DNA from: Trichoplax adhaerens
Taxonomy: Eukaryota > Animalia > Placozoa
Assembly: GCF_000150275.1 (NCBI RefSeq)
Contig: NW_002060946.1
Span: 3,367,454-3,431,453, forward strand
Direction: 5' to 3'
DNA: 64,000 nt
The notes under the pieces are model-generated. The model did not search any database. It was not told the origin of the DNA and saw only the letters and a program-made list of their open reading frames with translations. Shown piece by piece: positions 25,559 through 39,700 of this stretch. Made by a program: the position numbers and the translations under genes. Numbering within the stretch: position 1 is the first letter of the stretch; every line of letters begins with the position of its first letter.

Positions 25559-27781
25559 ATGTCAACTACCGACAGTTCGTCTGTAGTAGAAACGGCCGAA
25601 CCAATCGCAACATCCGAATGGAATTCTAATATATCTACCGAAGCAACAAGTGAAGCTGAACTAACGCCAACAGCGGAAGGAAAAAGTTTGGCCACCGAAC
25701 CATACACAATCCACCCTGAAACGGAATCAACACCAGAAGTAGAAACAGCAAATACATTGCATGCTGAAGTTACACCTGAAGGAGAAGCAGTATCGACTCC
25801 ATATGTTGAGACAGAGGTTACGCCGGAGGCAGAACTAGGATTGACTCCACTTGCTGAAGTGGAAAGTACACCCGAAGGAGAAACAAGTGCAACCCCTTTC
25901 GCTGAAACAGAAGCTACACCAGAAGCTGAAGTCGCTATCATTTCTGTCCCAGAAGGAGAAGTGACTCCTGAATTAGAAACAGTAGTAACTCCTAATACTG
26001 AAACGGAAACTACAGCCGAAGCTGAATCCGCTACGAATTCATTTCCAGAAGGAGAAGCGACTCCTGAATCAGAAGCAGTAGGGACTCCTTATGCTGAAAT
26101 AGAAACAACACCAGAAGCTGAATCCGCTATAACTTCTTTCCCAGAAGGCGAAGTAACTCCAAAATCAGAGATAGGGGTAACTCCTTATGCTGAACTGGAG
26201 AGTACGCCGGAAGCTGAAACTGCTATAACACCATTTCCTGAAGTAGAAACGACACCAGAATCAGAAATAGGCATAACCCCTTATCCTGAAATGGAAACTA
26301 CACCAGAAGCAGAAACTGAAATAACTCCATTTCCAGAAATAGAAACAACCCCAGAATCAGAATTAGGAATAACTCCTTATCCTGAAATGGAAACCACTCC
26401 GGAAGCTGAATCTGCCATGACTGCATTCCCCGAAGTAGAAACAACACCAGAATCAGAGCTAAGTGCGACTCCTTACCCTGAAATGGAAATGACACCTGAA
26501 AGTGAATCCATGTCGACACCATATCCTGAGTTTGAAAATCACCCTAATGCAGAAACGGCTGTTACCCCTTATGCTGAGTTTGAATTTACGCCCGAAGCAG
26601 AACTATCTACTACCCCAGAAGAGGAATCACCTTTATTACCAGAATCAGAAGTAACATCAGCACCTGAGGTTGAACTTTCATCCATTGGTGAAACAAGTCC
26701 AGAAACTGAAGTAGAAGTTACTGTATCGGGTGAACCAGAGACAGCTGTATCTCTTGCTGAACCAACACCTGCATGGACGGAAGCAATTCCGCAATGGGGT
26801 GCAGCCTGGCCAATCCATATTTATTTTTTTGGTGCTATTTTTATTCTAATAGCACTATTCGCTTTATATAGCTTAGTTAAGCCACGAAAGAGAAAATTCA
26901 AAGTTATTGGAATGCTATTCAATCGATTGGTATTGTTTTTCTTATTTGTTTTTGCCACAACACGCGCAATATGTCTACTAGTAGATCCATATCACTCCAA
27001 GGGTATTATGCCGCCACTATTATACAATATTATTTGGGCATTAGGTAGTCCTTGCTTAATCTCATCATTGGGCGTTTATATGATTTTACTTTTAGATGCA
27101 AATTATGCCGTGAAAACTTTGCGTTTAGCAAAACTGAACAATTTTTTAATTGTATGTACGATTTATTTTCTGTTGGTATTTGCCGCTGAATTTATGGCCT
27201 ATTTCACATCGGCTAATTCTATGGCTTCGAGGATTGTAACATTTATATGTCAAGCGTTTTACTTCTTATGGGGAGCATTCTGCAACATCGGTTTTATTAT
27301 TGCTGCAGTTATGCTGCATCAGCGTGCCATTTTAACAGCCATTGCATTGGCTGAATCAAGAAGATTTATTGCCAAGAATTTCGCTAAATCCAATAAAATG
27401 TCCAAACTATTTACTTTATCTGTCTCTTGTTCCATAATTGGACTAGCATTATCAGCAATTCATTTCTATGCTATGGTAACTTTGTTTAACATGTTTGTTC
27501 CTCATCTAAGGGTTTATCCATGGCCTTGGTGGGCATTTCAAACATCTTATCGTATGATTGAAGTTATTGCAGCATTTATATTATGCAAAGTTGCTACCGT
27601 GGCATCAGCAGTGAAGCGCTATAGTCATATTCATCGAGAAGGCTTCATAGCATCAATCTGCATTAAATTAATGACTTGTTGCGGCAGTTCAAATCGAACA
27701 GATTCAGAAATAAGTGCAGTAACTGATATGGATAATCCTTCGTTTACGAAAGGCCAATTAACACTCCTTCACTTAGATTAG
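25559..27781 (+). CDS. PRRT3/PRRT4-like multi-pass (7-TM) membrane protein with ~400 aa acidic Pro/Glu/Thr-rich N-terminus
   Basis: 740-aa open frame. WTEAIPQWGAAWPIHIYFFGAIF, ATTRAICLLVDPYH, LGSPCL and WPWWAFQTSYRMIE match the PRRT3/4 membrane-domain pattern. About 7 hydrophobic segments. A splice acceptor (ttacag at ~25524) is in frame upstream of the ATG. Confidence 0.85.
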   Translation: MSTTDSSSVVETAEPIATSEWNSNISTEATSEAELTPTAEGKSLATEPYTIHPETESTPEVETANTLHAEVTPEGEAVSTPYVETEVTPEAELGLTPLAEVESTPEGETSATPFAETEATPEAEVAIISVPEGEVTPELETVVTPNTETETTAEAESATNSFPEGEATPESEAVGTPYAEIETTPEAESAITSFPEGEVTPKSEIGVTPYAELESTPEAETAITPFPEVETTPESEIGITPYPEMETTPEAETEITPFPEIETTPESELGITPYPEMETTPEAESAMTAFPEVETTPESELSATPYPEMEMTPESESMSTPYPEFENHPNAETAVTPYAEFEFTPEAELSTTPEEESPLLPESEVTSAPEVELSSIGETSPETEVEVTVSGEPETAVSLAEPTPAWTEAIPQWGAAWPIHIYFFGAIFILIALFALYSLVKPRKRKFKVIGMLFNRLVLFFLFVFATTRAICLLVDPYHSKGIMPPLLYNIIWALGSPCLISSLGVYMILLLDANYAVKTLRLAKLNNFLIVCTIYFLLVFAAEFMAYFTSANSMASRIVTFICQAFYFLWGAFCNIGFIIAAVMLHQRAILTAIALAESRRFIAKNFAKSNKMSKLFTLSVSCSIIGLALSAIHFYAMVTLFNMFVPHLRVYPWPWWAFQTSYRMIEVIAAFILCKVATVASAVKRYSHIHREGFIASICIKLMTCCGSSNRTDSEISAVTDMDNPSFTKGQLTLLHLD
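25772..26636 (+). repeat. Coding tandem repeat, about 18 x 48 bp (16 aa, TPE[AS]ExxxTP[YF][PA]ExEx)
   Basis: Units such as TPESEIGITPYPEMET and TPEAETEITPFPEIET; central units alternate, giving a 32-aa higher-order period. Confidence 0.9.
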
Positions 27782-27949
27782 TTGACGAATAAACAAGGCA
27801 TCGACATAAAGATATCGGTTGTAACTGTTAGAGACCTTAGAGTTTTATCATCGATCAAGATGTTGTTTCTGTAAATTATTCTTCTAATTAACCTAAACTA
27901 AAATTCACTTTCGTATTATTAATTGATCTATTCCATACGGCGTAATAAT

Positions 27950-29700
27950 GGAACAAGCTGAATCTTCAAATCAACTTTAAAGCTTATCTTGTGGCATTCT
28001 AACGTCAACTATTTCATTTATATGATACGCTAGTATCTTAGCCGTGTAGACACGCTTTTATATCTAATCAAGTAGAATGTCTAGGAACTACTTGCAAAAT
28101 TTCTTGTATTAATGGCTGCTATGCTTGTATACTGTAAAACTTTTTAGTTACTTTTCACAATTTTATTGTTATTATAAAGACTACGGTTATATTTATAGAT
28201 TCTCGTTGCTTCCAATAATGATAATAATGTCTTCTTTTAACCCTAGATTGTTTTGGTTTAAAGGATCACATACGATATTATTGACAAGCATATAACTTGA
28301 CAAATAGCACCAGTGCATTATTTCACCTAGCATATTAGTAGCTCGCTATATCTTATCATATAATTGCTTATAGAAATAATTCTGCGTGTGAGTACATTCT
28401 GTTATGCTTAAGCTGAGTATCTTTCAATTATTTATTTTATGATTGTTTACAATTTAGCTATTAAGCTGATATTTTTCGATCAATTTAAATAGCTCATTAA
28501 TATATGATTCTAGAAATACAGTAGCAATATTCTCCTACAAATGTTAAACTAAGAATCTATAGCAAAGTTTATTTGATCATAAAATGTAGTTCAATTCTTA
28601 AAGCATCATCTTTATTAACGGCAATGTATAACCCGTTTTACCGTTATTTTAAATTTGTGCAATTTTTAGATAATATTAGTGGTACACTAATACTTGGTCC
28701 GTCTAATTATAATCTGTAAGCTTATACAATTGTTATAATATTTTAAAACTTTAAGTTTTAAATCCACTTCCAAATCTTGTCAGTGTGTATATCTTATTAA
28801 CTAATGTCGCCCTGAATTACTAGGCTATAGCTGCTTGGTTCTATTTTTTCAATTATCTTCGTAACAATTCATCCATCATAATGCCTTTCAAAGTCTATCT
28901 TGCAGGAATGATAAATTAATCTTGTTTTTGTACTCGAATATTGTTACTGTTGTTATCTTCTATAAATTAGATTTAGCTAGAATTAAGCTATTTCAATTCA
29001 ATACCAAGCTAGTTTGTTTAGTTTATGACTATGCTTCCTGCATTATAAAAACTTATTCGAATAATGGTAATTTTAAATGTTGAAAATGATCATAAATAAT
29101 TTTTAGTATATGACTAAAAAGTATGAGAATATGAACTACAGCGGTATTCGATCAAGTAAGGAATACCAATCTGTTAATTAGACGAAATATAAAATCTAAG
29201 AATTAATTGAAAACTATGGATTACCTTCAAAATTGGGATCATTTCTTTGCAACTGTTATTTTTCTTATCTTTGGCTTATTACTGCATTAAGATTTGATTC
29301 ATTCTTTAGAAAACGGTCATATATAAACTAAGTACCATGCCTTAATTTAAAATCTTAAATTTGCGTTACGTTCTGACATTGTTGTTTGTTCTGCTTATGT
29401 TTGATTATGGTTTTTCTCGCTTATGGGTTTGATCTTTGCTCTTTACAATAAACTGCTTAAAAATCGAATTCTACAACATATTTGCTAGCCATTATTTTTA
29501 AATAATATGGTAATTACTTGTAAATCTTCTGCTTACGTCATTATACTTTAATTCATTAATGTTCGCATATTAAATTATTGTTTTATTTCTTTCAATTTGA
29601 TCAAATTTCATCATTAATTCTATAATTAACGTCACGAAAACAAAAATGATAGCAGTATTAGACTACTTATAAACTAAATAAACATTTATAAGTAATAAAT
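27950..29700 (+). pseudogene. BROMI-like relic R7 (middle to TBC part)
   Basis: ILSYNCL (~LLSYPAI), LILGPS (~LVGGP), WDHFFATVIFLIFG at ~29233-29275 (~HDWFVSSLFMIMLG), LKIEFYNIFAS at ~29457-29490 (~LKAELPLVFSA), in order. Confidence 0.6.
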
Positions 29701-29749
29701 GGGTGTTACTTATCAATCATCCACCTATGACGGAGTTAACTAGGAATAG

Positions 29750-32100
29750 ACAAATCTATTGACATCATATTCCTAAATTAATGATAACATTGTAGACTGT
29801 GTATTTATAAAACCTGTACTTATAATTATTAAGTTAATAATATCGATCATCTACAACCTATTTAGATGGAAAGCAGGCCAAATTGCTAGCATCCTTGATA
29901 CAAAATATTTACAGTATTGTAAAGCCACATACTATATAGGTTTTATAAACATTTATGACTTTCAAATTCCTAATCCTAACCATCCATGACTCAATTAGTT
30001 AAATAGTACAGTAAAACTGTAAATCTGAAAATAATAGCACAAGAGACTATACAACCAGAATATAAAAGCAAAAATTTGTAATTTTAAATCAATAATAGTT
30101 CCGATCTTATACAACATCATTTATTAAAATACCGACTAATCTAATAGATTGGATTCTCATTTCATTTTAATCGCGTTTATATTATCGAAATGTATGAATA
30201 ATTTAGCTGAAATTATCGTAGCAGAGACTAAAAGTTATTTATTATGTTCAACATTGTTGTCAACTATATGACGAAAGATTTGGAATATAGAGTGAATAAT
30301 CTGCAATGAACGGTCGTAATAATTACATTTTCAGAGTATTTTGTTCTAAAGATTGTCAACTACAACGATTTGCAATTATCAGCGAATAAGCATCCATATC
30401 AATGTAAATATACTTTTGCCAACTCATTTACTATAACTCTGAAATTGCTTATATTGCCGATTTGTGTTCAAGTTATGTATGACATATAGCAAAAAAAAGT
30501 ACATTCAATTAAGATCCAAGTAATAACTATAAATTTATTATTTATAACAATAGCTGCAAAATTCGTTAAACCATAGTTACCAATGAATCGACGTATATAA
30601 TTGTCTTCTACAATGTCAAGGAAACCACTACATAATATTTGTTTTATTAATACTAAATAATTTTAAAATTGATTTGAAGCTTTATTATAAGGGTGCAACT
30701 AAGTATGGGGGCTAGAGCCAGGAATTAGAACAATGCATTACTGCTTTTTTAATTATTTACAATAACATTGAAAATTATTCATTTTAAAACAGTTATATTT
30801 GATGAAATATATTTATTATAATATAAGATACTACGTCAATCAGTGTATAGTTGCTATAAAATTATACATGTAATCATCATAAATATTAATTGGAAAAGAA
30901 ATGTAGATGACTGTAATTACATAGAACATTTACCCTAAAGTCGTTACCGTATCTCCTATTGGTACAGAATTATTAAAATATTGTATAAATCAATCAATAA
31001 AGAACTCAATAAAGAAATTTATTTATACTGAAAGGTAGTAAAGCATAATAATAATTATACATCTAAGCTTCCAAAAATCAATTGATCAATCGAACATAAG
31101 ATTAATGTACCAAAATTTATGCATTAAAAGGTATTTAATAGTTCATTAATTGCAAAGATTTCATTAATTTTTAACAGCAATTCTACTTATTTCTGTCATT
31201 AATTCTATAAAGATACTAAATAAAACTTTAAATGCATGTTAATCAATAATTTTATAAGAAATTTTCAAGTACCAGTCGAAAGATAGACAGATAATTTTCA
31301 AAATATCTTCTAGTAGTTATCATTTAGCGCTAAACAACAAAGCATACTATTTTCTATTTTGAGAATGTGCTGTTCAGAAACAGGGAATTTTATAATTTTA
31401 CCTAATCATTATCGCAATTATTGATTAATCTTAAAGAAAGAATTTTCATGAGTCACGAGAGAAAAACTATGTAGTCATATCTACCAGGATAAATAAATCT
31501 AATAGTCTAATAAGAAGCCAATCGCCATACTGCTGTGATGAAATCTTGTCTAGTTTTAGCTAAAGTACATTTTCATCAGCAAACCTCATGATAGCTAGTT
31601 CTAATCATGCAAAATTCATGGCTTTGATATTCCAAATCTAATTATACACAAGGACATGTACACGTTGTGACTAAAATATTTTGTAGCTTTTCTCCATATG
31701 TGAAATAAACGAAAATTATCGATACCCAATAAGTAATGCAACGATACAATCAAGATGACACATTCTGCTTAATTAATCTAAAACTCCAGGATAATACAAT
31801 CCACATCATGGTATTGTAGCCTACCAATACACATGAGTAAGAATGTCCATCCATATTAATGCAAGTCTTGCCGTGCAAGGACAGAACTAGTCTAACTAGT
31901 ACCGTCCACTAAAGATGGTATCTTCTATACATACATCTGCTGACTATAGTTAGAACAATCGATATGGTATCTCGCCTACTTCGTATTAATGATAACCAAA
32001 ACTTGTCATTCATTCCTCCCCTTACAATCTTTAAATTATTAATGTGTGTCAAATATGATTTAACTATCGAGGATTTTTTACGGACTTGCTAGGTTAGGCC
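29750..32100 (-). pseudogene. BROMI-like relic R8, convergent with R7
   Basis: DFITAVWRLASY at ~31510-31545 (~ELITELWSNLEY); VYKTYIVCGFTIL*IF at ~29905-29952 (~VFSAFHMSGFAPSQIC). Confidence 0.55.
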
Positions 32101-32963
32101 ATCAAAAATTCTTCAACAGTCGTACTTTTACAGTGGCATACCTAAACTGTAAAGTATATTTTCCTACGTACTACACGCTACGATGCGTAAACAAATGATT
32201 TGATTAAAAGGTTATAATTTAAATTACTATGTAAGATCACATACAAGTATACGAGCATTTTACACTGCTATATTTCTAAAATACACACATCTATATCTGC
32301 GTAGCATGTATACAGTGGAACGAGTAGCTAGTCGCGGAACAAGTAGAGCTAAGTAACTTAATAATATCTCAGCTTCTTCTAACATCAGGTAAATATGTTA
32401 CACTCACAGTTTTAATTTTAGTATTTTAATGTAGCAAGTTATCGTTTATTATTCGCTCTGGAGCAAAAAATTTTCATCTCATGAGCTACTAATTTATCAA
32501 TAATTCCTTATAGCCGTCAAAATTTTACTATAATATTTCAAAATCTGCTGTATAATCTGGGTTAAATAGTCTTAACTCCATTAGGATAGCACAAACATAT
32601 TATCATTCCACAACATATACTATGGTAGATTGCAATCCTGAATTAACTTTTTAAAGCTAATATTATAGCCCTATAAAATTTAATTTAATGCTTGCATATA
32701 AATTACCTGTAACATACACACGCCCAATATGTATAGTACACTACGGAACACATAGTAGAACCAGGCGTAGCCAAGCGAGCTCGATGCTACGACAAGTGAT
32801 AATTATCTAGGATCATATTCAAACTTAAATAAATATTTAACGTTGACAAACTTTAATATTTGCAGCTTGCTCTTATAATTGATCACTTACTACGCTTTCT
32901 AGAGCAGGAAATCTTATATTTTTATTGCCAAATTTAGATTATTCTTACTGGGTGTCCGACGTA

Positions 32964-33036
32964 ACGCATGCGTGACTATTGCAGACGCTAATTAGGCGCG
33001 GCTTCTATGGAAACCGTTGAGTAACGTGACCGTTAA
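32964..33036. promoter_or_regulatory. Putative CEP89 promoter module: ACGCATGCGT palindrome, X-box-like GCTTCTATGGAAAC (33001-33014), two YAACGG MYB-type sites on the minus strand
   Basis: CpG-rich patch ~750 bp upstream of the CEP89 ATG; the X-box has a perfect right half-site (ATGGAAAC) and one mismatch in the left half. Confidence 0.5.
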
Positions 33037-33756
33037 AAACATAATATAGGCCAAGCATCCATACATATGTCTATTTGACTGCTCAAATCGTAGGGATACT
33101 TTATAAAGAGGCATGAAAAGATTGTAATTGAAGACTATATTGGAATAGTAAATTACTTTCATAGATAAATACAGCATTAGCTTTGATAGTGTTGAATTTA
33201 CAACTGTGAAGACTTTCGAAGTTCCTTTGGTGGATCAATATTACATGAAAATAAATGACGCAATTTTGCGACTGTTATGGTAGAAGATTCTCGCTATGTA
33301 AATTTATGTTAACAGACCAATATTTAATCGCATAGATTTTTACATAGTTTTCTGATTCGATATTTCATCGATTGGTATTAGCCATTAAAAATTCGACATT
33401 AAAAGAGTAGTGTGCTCTACTCAACTTTAGTGATCGACAATTAACGTTACTATATTGAGGCCAAACTCTCACCCTACAATTAATTCTTGGTGATCCAGCA
33501 AGATAATTTCATTCAATTTAGAGTTGTTGTTAACATCTCTGATATTTCAAACTTCATTCAAATTCAATATCAGTTTCAGTCCTCTATCATTTCTGGCGAT
33601 CAGTGAACGCTATCCTTGATTCCAGACTAGTAAAACTGCAAGTTTCTAACATTAATTATCAATTTACTACCTTTAGATGAAATGAATAACGCCTATAGGA
33701 GTATACAGTAACATTTTGAGTTGGGCGTTTAGATTGATAATCGTCAAAGCTTGCAA

Positions 33757-36700
33757 ATGAGTCGAAATTGGAGAGGATTATCAAAAAGGAAATCATCCGC
33801 TGCCGGTGGCCAACATGAAAAGATTGAAACACCTGCAGAAAGAGAATTCAAAAATAGAAATAGAAAGGATAAGAAAAAGGATGGAGCGGGTAGCAAATTA
33901 GTAAGTACAAATTTTATACGGCTAGAAAGTACATCACTATCATATTCATCATTAACAACGGATAGCAATTATAATAACCATATTCGGTTTAATAATGTTA
34001 CATTAAGTTCGTTAAGAATGACTAAGGACAGTAATCACTTGAAATTACAATAAATTCCATATTTTATCAACAAGCCACACACAATAAAACGTATGTTATT
34101 ATGTAATGTAATGTTATATTACAGCACATTGTGATCTAAGACACTAGCTAGCTAAAATAATTTATATAATCTGATGAATATTTCCGTTACTAAATTTTAT
34201 ATGGTTCATTGCTGAGTTTTAACTAAAATTAAGTAAAAAATATCATTCACAAGCTGAAATATAGCTAGAGTATATTTTACATATGTTCTTAGACTTATTG
34301 CTTGTTTGCAGTAAATTATACTGCTATATCAGTAGAAATCATGCTATATAATTTTATTCCATTAATTCATTGATCATTTTTAAAGCATATTAATAAACTC
34401 GAGCATCGTAGAAGTTTACAAATATCTATTCGCTAAACTTGAAGCATTACATATAATGCAATCACTGAGCTGGTGCTGTATCTGCAGCTAACATTCTAAA
34501 ATCTTTTAAATTTAAGATATACATTTATAAGTTATGGCTTTAATAATACAATTCAACTTTTAAGACTTATCTTGCTGCTTCTTGACTTATACTTCAGTTT
34601 TAAAGTACTACTATATTGCTTGATTGACTCGATATGTAAGAATATTATAAAAATCTGTAGCCTACACTGGCTGTCTTACTAACGTAAATCAATCAAGACT
34701 TTTATCATAACAGTTAGTTCTTTGTTTATAACTTAAATTTATATAAAGGAATCTTTACTTGTGTCTTGAGAATGCAATAAATATCATATTCAGTACTATT
34801 TGTGACTGTAAAAGGCCAGGCCAAAGATAACTCATCAATTTCACATATTGCACTCTTTAGACTTGGTATGAGAAAAACTAAAAACATACCATTTCTTTCC
34901 TATCCAAGTATTGAATTAGCGGATAACTATATTTAGTAGTATTCATCATAGTATTCGTCAAAGTAGAGAATAAATTATGGCAAACAGCCTTCCTTTTAGT
35001 TTAAGACCGCTAGATATTATTATCTTTACCTATTGCCAGTAGAAATAAATCGACTTTGAACGATCATAACCTTCAGCGATAATCTTACAAATTGAATTTT
35101 CAAGTTACAGAATTATTTATTAATATTAAAAAACTTTAGTAAACAGCTTATTATTATAGTATTGAAAAGAGTTTAAAAGCAAAAAAATAGAGACAAAAAA
35201 TGCTATAAAATCTAATCTAGATAGAGTTTATTACTTCATCCAAGATAAATAGTGAGCTAAAGTTACAAGCTAAAAACTATGAAAGATAAATGAAAATAAT
35301 ATTTCAATTTTATCAAGCTAATTTTATTTTGTTTTTAAAACTCAATTAACTTCATTATCGTAAAGTATAGGCAGTGATATCTGCAAATTTTCTAAGTAAC
35401 CATTACCAGGATAAACTTCTGGGCCACTGATTTTCTGATGGCAGCGAAGATAATAAATTATAATAATATTTTTCCTAAATAATTTCTTAGAGTAAACTGG
35501 TTCATTCGTTGAAACCAAGGACTTCATTTCTATCTCCTAATCATAATAAAGAGATTCAAGAAAAAGAAAAGGAAAGTAATAATCAATCACCAAATGGAGA
35601 AATTGAAAATAATGATTCTAGAAAAGACTATAACCAAGATGTAACTACGCCGGGTACTAGTGGTATACAACAAGATGACGATGATAGCAATAGCTATAGT
35701 GACGATCATAATGATGATTATGGAGGGAAAATGAAATTGTCACCAAGTAATCATAATTATACCAGCTCCATTAATCCTTTAGCAGTTAATGAGGAAATAG
35801 CTGAACATCAAAACGCTCCCTCGCAATCAGCGAATAGAGATGATGAATCCCCTTACGCTCGAATACGAGATCTACCAAATATAAAACATGGCGATTCTGA
35901 TAATAGTGACGAGGATATAAATAATGATTCTAATCAGTATGCACAGCGAAAGCTTAGCTTCATGTCAACTAGAGCAAGACAGGTGAATAAAAAAATGAGT
36001 TAAACTTATACTAGTGTAGAAATATCATCTAAAGCCAGAATGGTAATGAGCAAGCGACACTTTCAATATGGAAATTCTTATACATCGGCAATATCAATTT
36101 AATAAATTTTAGGCATCTCCCTCAAATAGTGGCGATGAGTATGATCCTGGAAAAATTGTCCCAAGCAGCAATACTGGCAGCCATCCATCAAGAACTTCCA
36201 TGATCAGTAAAAATAATAATCTTAATCCCGATCCGATGTATGCAACGGTCAATAAAAATAGTAACCGAATGTTGGTAAGTAAATCAAAGGCCTTGAGTTA
36301 TACTTAATAATAGTAATCGTATCCCTCACTATCATCAGAAATACCAGAGTAAGCTCATGACATACTCATTTATTGGTAGTAAATAGATTAAAACTTTTTA
36401 TGATGATATACTAGTGTTTTTACTTGAACTAATAGTAAAGTAGACATATACGAGTATGTTCATATTATCGACGACTAGCTTTTAAGATAAATTAAATAAC
36501 GGTATAATCAACTACTATAAGTTAAAACAAGAAATTGAAGGAGGAAACTATTAAATTATTGCTGTAAAAAAAATTGTTTTCAACGCAACTCGAGGGCCGA
36601 TGCAATCTTGAAACACTTTACTATTGGCAGTAACTATTATGTAATAGAGAACTGCTAAAATGAGTTTTACTACTGTTGTATAAGGATATTTCAGGGCGTT

Positions 36701-39700
36701 AGATATTTTTATGTAAGGTAGACAATCAACAATTAATATTAATTATTACGTTATGGCAAAATTATCGAAATGAATTATAATACCGTAGCATAGCTACATA
36801 GAATTGCAGCTATAACCAAGGATAGCAATTCATGACGTTAGACAGTTTAATCTCGTCAATACTATACAGTAGTAAAGTGTTGAAATGAATTATACAACCG
36901 TTGCTCATATATAATTTTAGCTATAATCAAGACTATTATCTTATAATTTTAGACATTTCCATCTGGTAGAGTAAAGTAAAATAAGAGTAGTTACCAAATT
37001 GATTTAAACAAGATATTGAATCACTCAGTAAAGTAAAATTCTAGTTAATACTGTGTAGATTGTTTCAGTATAAAAATTTCTAACCATAAATACGATGCTA
37101 GGTCATCCTAATAGACAATTCTTTCCAGTCTAGCAAACTAGAACCGAGTTATTATTCAGCTGATCTAAATATGACTCTTTTGCTTTCCTAGAAACAACTA
37201 ACTGTAGAATCTAATGCTAGCGATTTTACAAATGTAACTAGCCGCATAAGTTCCGATAGTAGTGAAGAAAGCCAAAGTGATGAAGCTGATGGTGTGAGAG
37301 AACGAGGTAGTCTATTCGATCCTTCGAACTCTATTCAAAATTATTAGGCAGATATTAATCAAGAACTAACCTCTAATTTATTGCTCCTTTTATGTTAATG
37401 AAAATATAACCCGCAATCAACACTAATATATGCTACAACATGCAATTAGGAATAATAGAAAAGAATAGAAGAAATTCGGGCTCACCAACTAAACGTGATG
37501 CAATTTTAATTTCTAACAAAACTGGTAATGATCCCATAGATGAAAAATATGCTGACTCTGAAACTTCAGAAGAGGCTTACACCCAACCTCAAGTCCTTCC
37601 TAACCAAAGAGTAACTACTCTAGTAGATAAAAACAAATCGAAACACGGTGCAAATAGTGTCGATGCTACACCAGCAGAGAACAAGAAATTTGGGCGAAAG
37701 TCATCACATAGCTTAACATCATCACTATCTAATTTTTTTTCATCGGCTTTATCTGGTATTCATAATGATCGAAATTCTGTCAGTAGCCCCGTATCACGCA
37801 ATCCTAGCCAAATTTTCACCGATTATGATGGACGAAAACGTAAAGGTGATGCACCTACCATATCTACAACGAATCGTGGACGACATCTGAGGAAATCTGA
37901 TTCATTGGAATACAGTAAGTTATCGTTACTTACACGCACATACCATATTTCCATCTACTAAACATCTTTACAACATTACTTTTAAGATGATTTTACTATC
38001 GATAGTTCACCAAGAATGGGAATGAGGTTGGTTTTTATTAACGTCAATTTTTCAATAGAATAACTTCCAAATCATCGTAATACTAATATTATAATTTATA
38101 GGGGAATGGAATCCGAAATTATATTATCGCTAGAAAGGCAAATTAGAGACGTAGAATCGGAGAATAAACAGCTGAAAGACACGAATTCCATGTTACAGAA
38201 AGAATTAAGTAATCGTTCACTACCATTAGCAGAAGAGAGTAAGTTATTCAATAAAAATATTGAAATGATACTTAAGTATTTAAAAAAGGAACAGTTTCCA
38301 TTAAAGAGTGTTGATTATCTATCCTAGATATTAAATCTGAGTTGATCAACTCTGATCTAAAACAAGATAACGAATTTTTAAAAGTATTAGGTAAGAAAGA
38401 TTTAGTAACGACGTTCTTACGATCATATTATGTACAAGTATTCCTAATTTTTTCTAACTCTTCATCGCTATGCTGGAATAGAATTTAAAATTTACTTTAC
38501 TTACCTTAACAGTCCATAAATTAAACCAAGAACTCGAACGTTATAAAATGAAACAAGCTGAAAGTGAAACGGGAAGTCAAGACTTACTGGTAACTAAATA
38601 TAGTAATTATATTATAGGCTGTAATTCTTAACTCTATCGATGTGCTATTTATTCTCATCTTTAAATTCATTCGTTGTTTAATTTAAGAAACAGCTATCGT
38701 AGAAGTATCGATACAATTTTTCTCCTATTACTAATCCGATGTTATGATATTACAGACGGAGAAAATCAATGCAGAAGATAAGCGACTGGTTGAAATTAAA
38801 TCTAGAAAGAAGGATCATTTACTTAAAACTTTTTCGGTTAGTTATTGAATTTAAATCACGATTATTGCAAAGTACAGCACAGCAGTGGATAACTTATTCA
38901 AAGCAATTGACATAAAATCTAATATAGGAAGAAGTAAAGGTATTAAAAGAGCAAATTGAAGACTTGGTGAGCGAAAATAAAGCATTACGAGAGGTAACAT
39001 AAATCGAAAGTTAACCTTAAACAGTCGATAATTTTATATCATTAATGGTGAAATCAAATTTTATGGCTATCATTATGGCAGGAATTGGTAACGATCAATG
39101 CAACAACTGCTCCAGTTAGTATATCAGATTGGTAAGAAATGATAGGGTCCTTGCGTTTATATCGTGCTTAGGATCACGAGCTATGCTGTTATAATAACTA
39201 CGGTGATTACTTTTATTTAAGGAATCAAATACAAGAACAAGCACAGCTCGTTTTACAGGAAAACTCTGTTTTAAAGGATAGACAAGCATCATCTGAAAGT
39301 AATTTACAGGAAATTACAAGAAAATATGCTGAACAAAGTATGATATTTTTAAAGAATCTATTTGAGTTGTAAGCAATCAGCAGATGATCAATTTTAGCCT
39401 ACTTTGCAATACAAGTTTGATTGATAGCTTTAAATGTCAGATGAGATTATTTTTAGACATTCTTGCAATTATGGGATCGTAGAAAGCAGATAGAGGATAA
39501 TCAGAGTCCATTTGCAGCAGAGCAGCTTTTATGATAAATAGAATTGAGTCTACTTTAGATGCAATTATTTTCCGATATTCTAGCCCGCGTGACACAATAT
39601 TAATCATGTAGTAGAGAAGATCTTTAGATTTTTGTTGAGGCAGAGCAATTGTTATAAATAGAGTATTTAAATCTATTCCATTAGTGTGCATAAATTATTA

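Noticed and set aside
25540-26522. Minus-strand ORFs 25540-25941 and 26298-26522
   Set aside because: Antisense shadows of the repetitive PRRT-like coding sequence.
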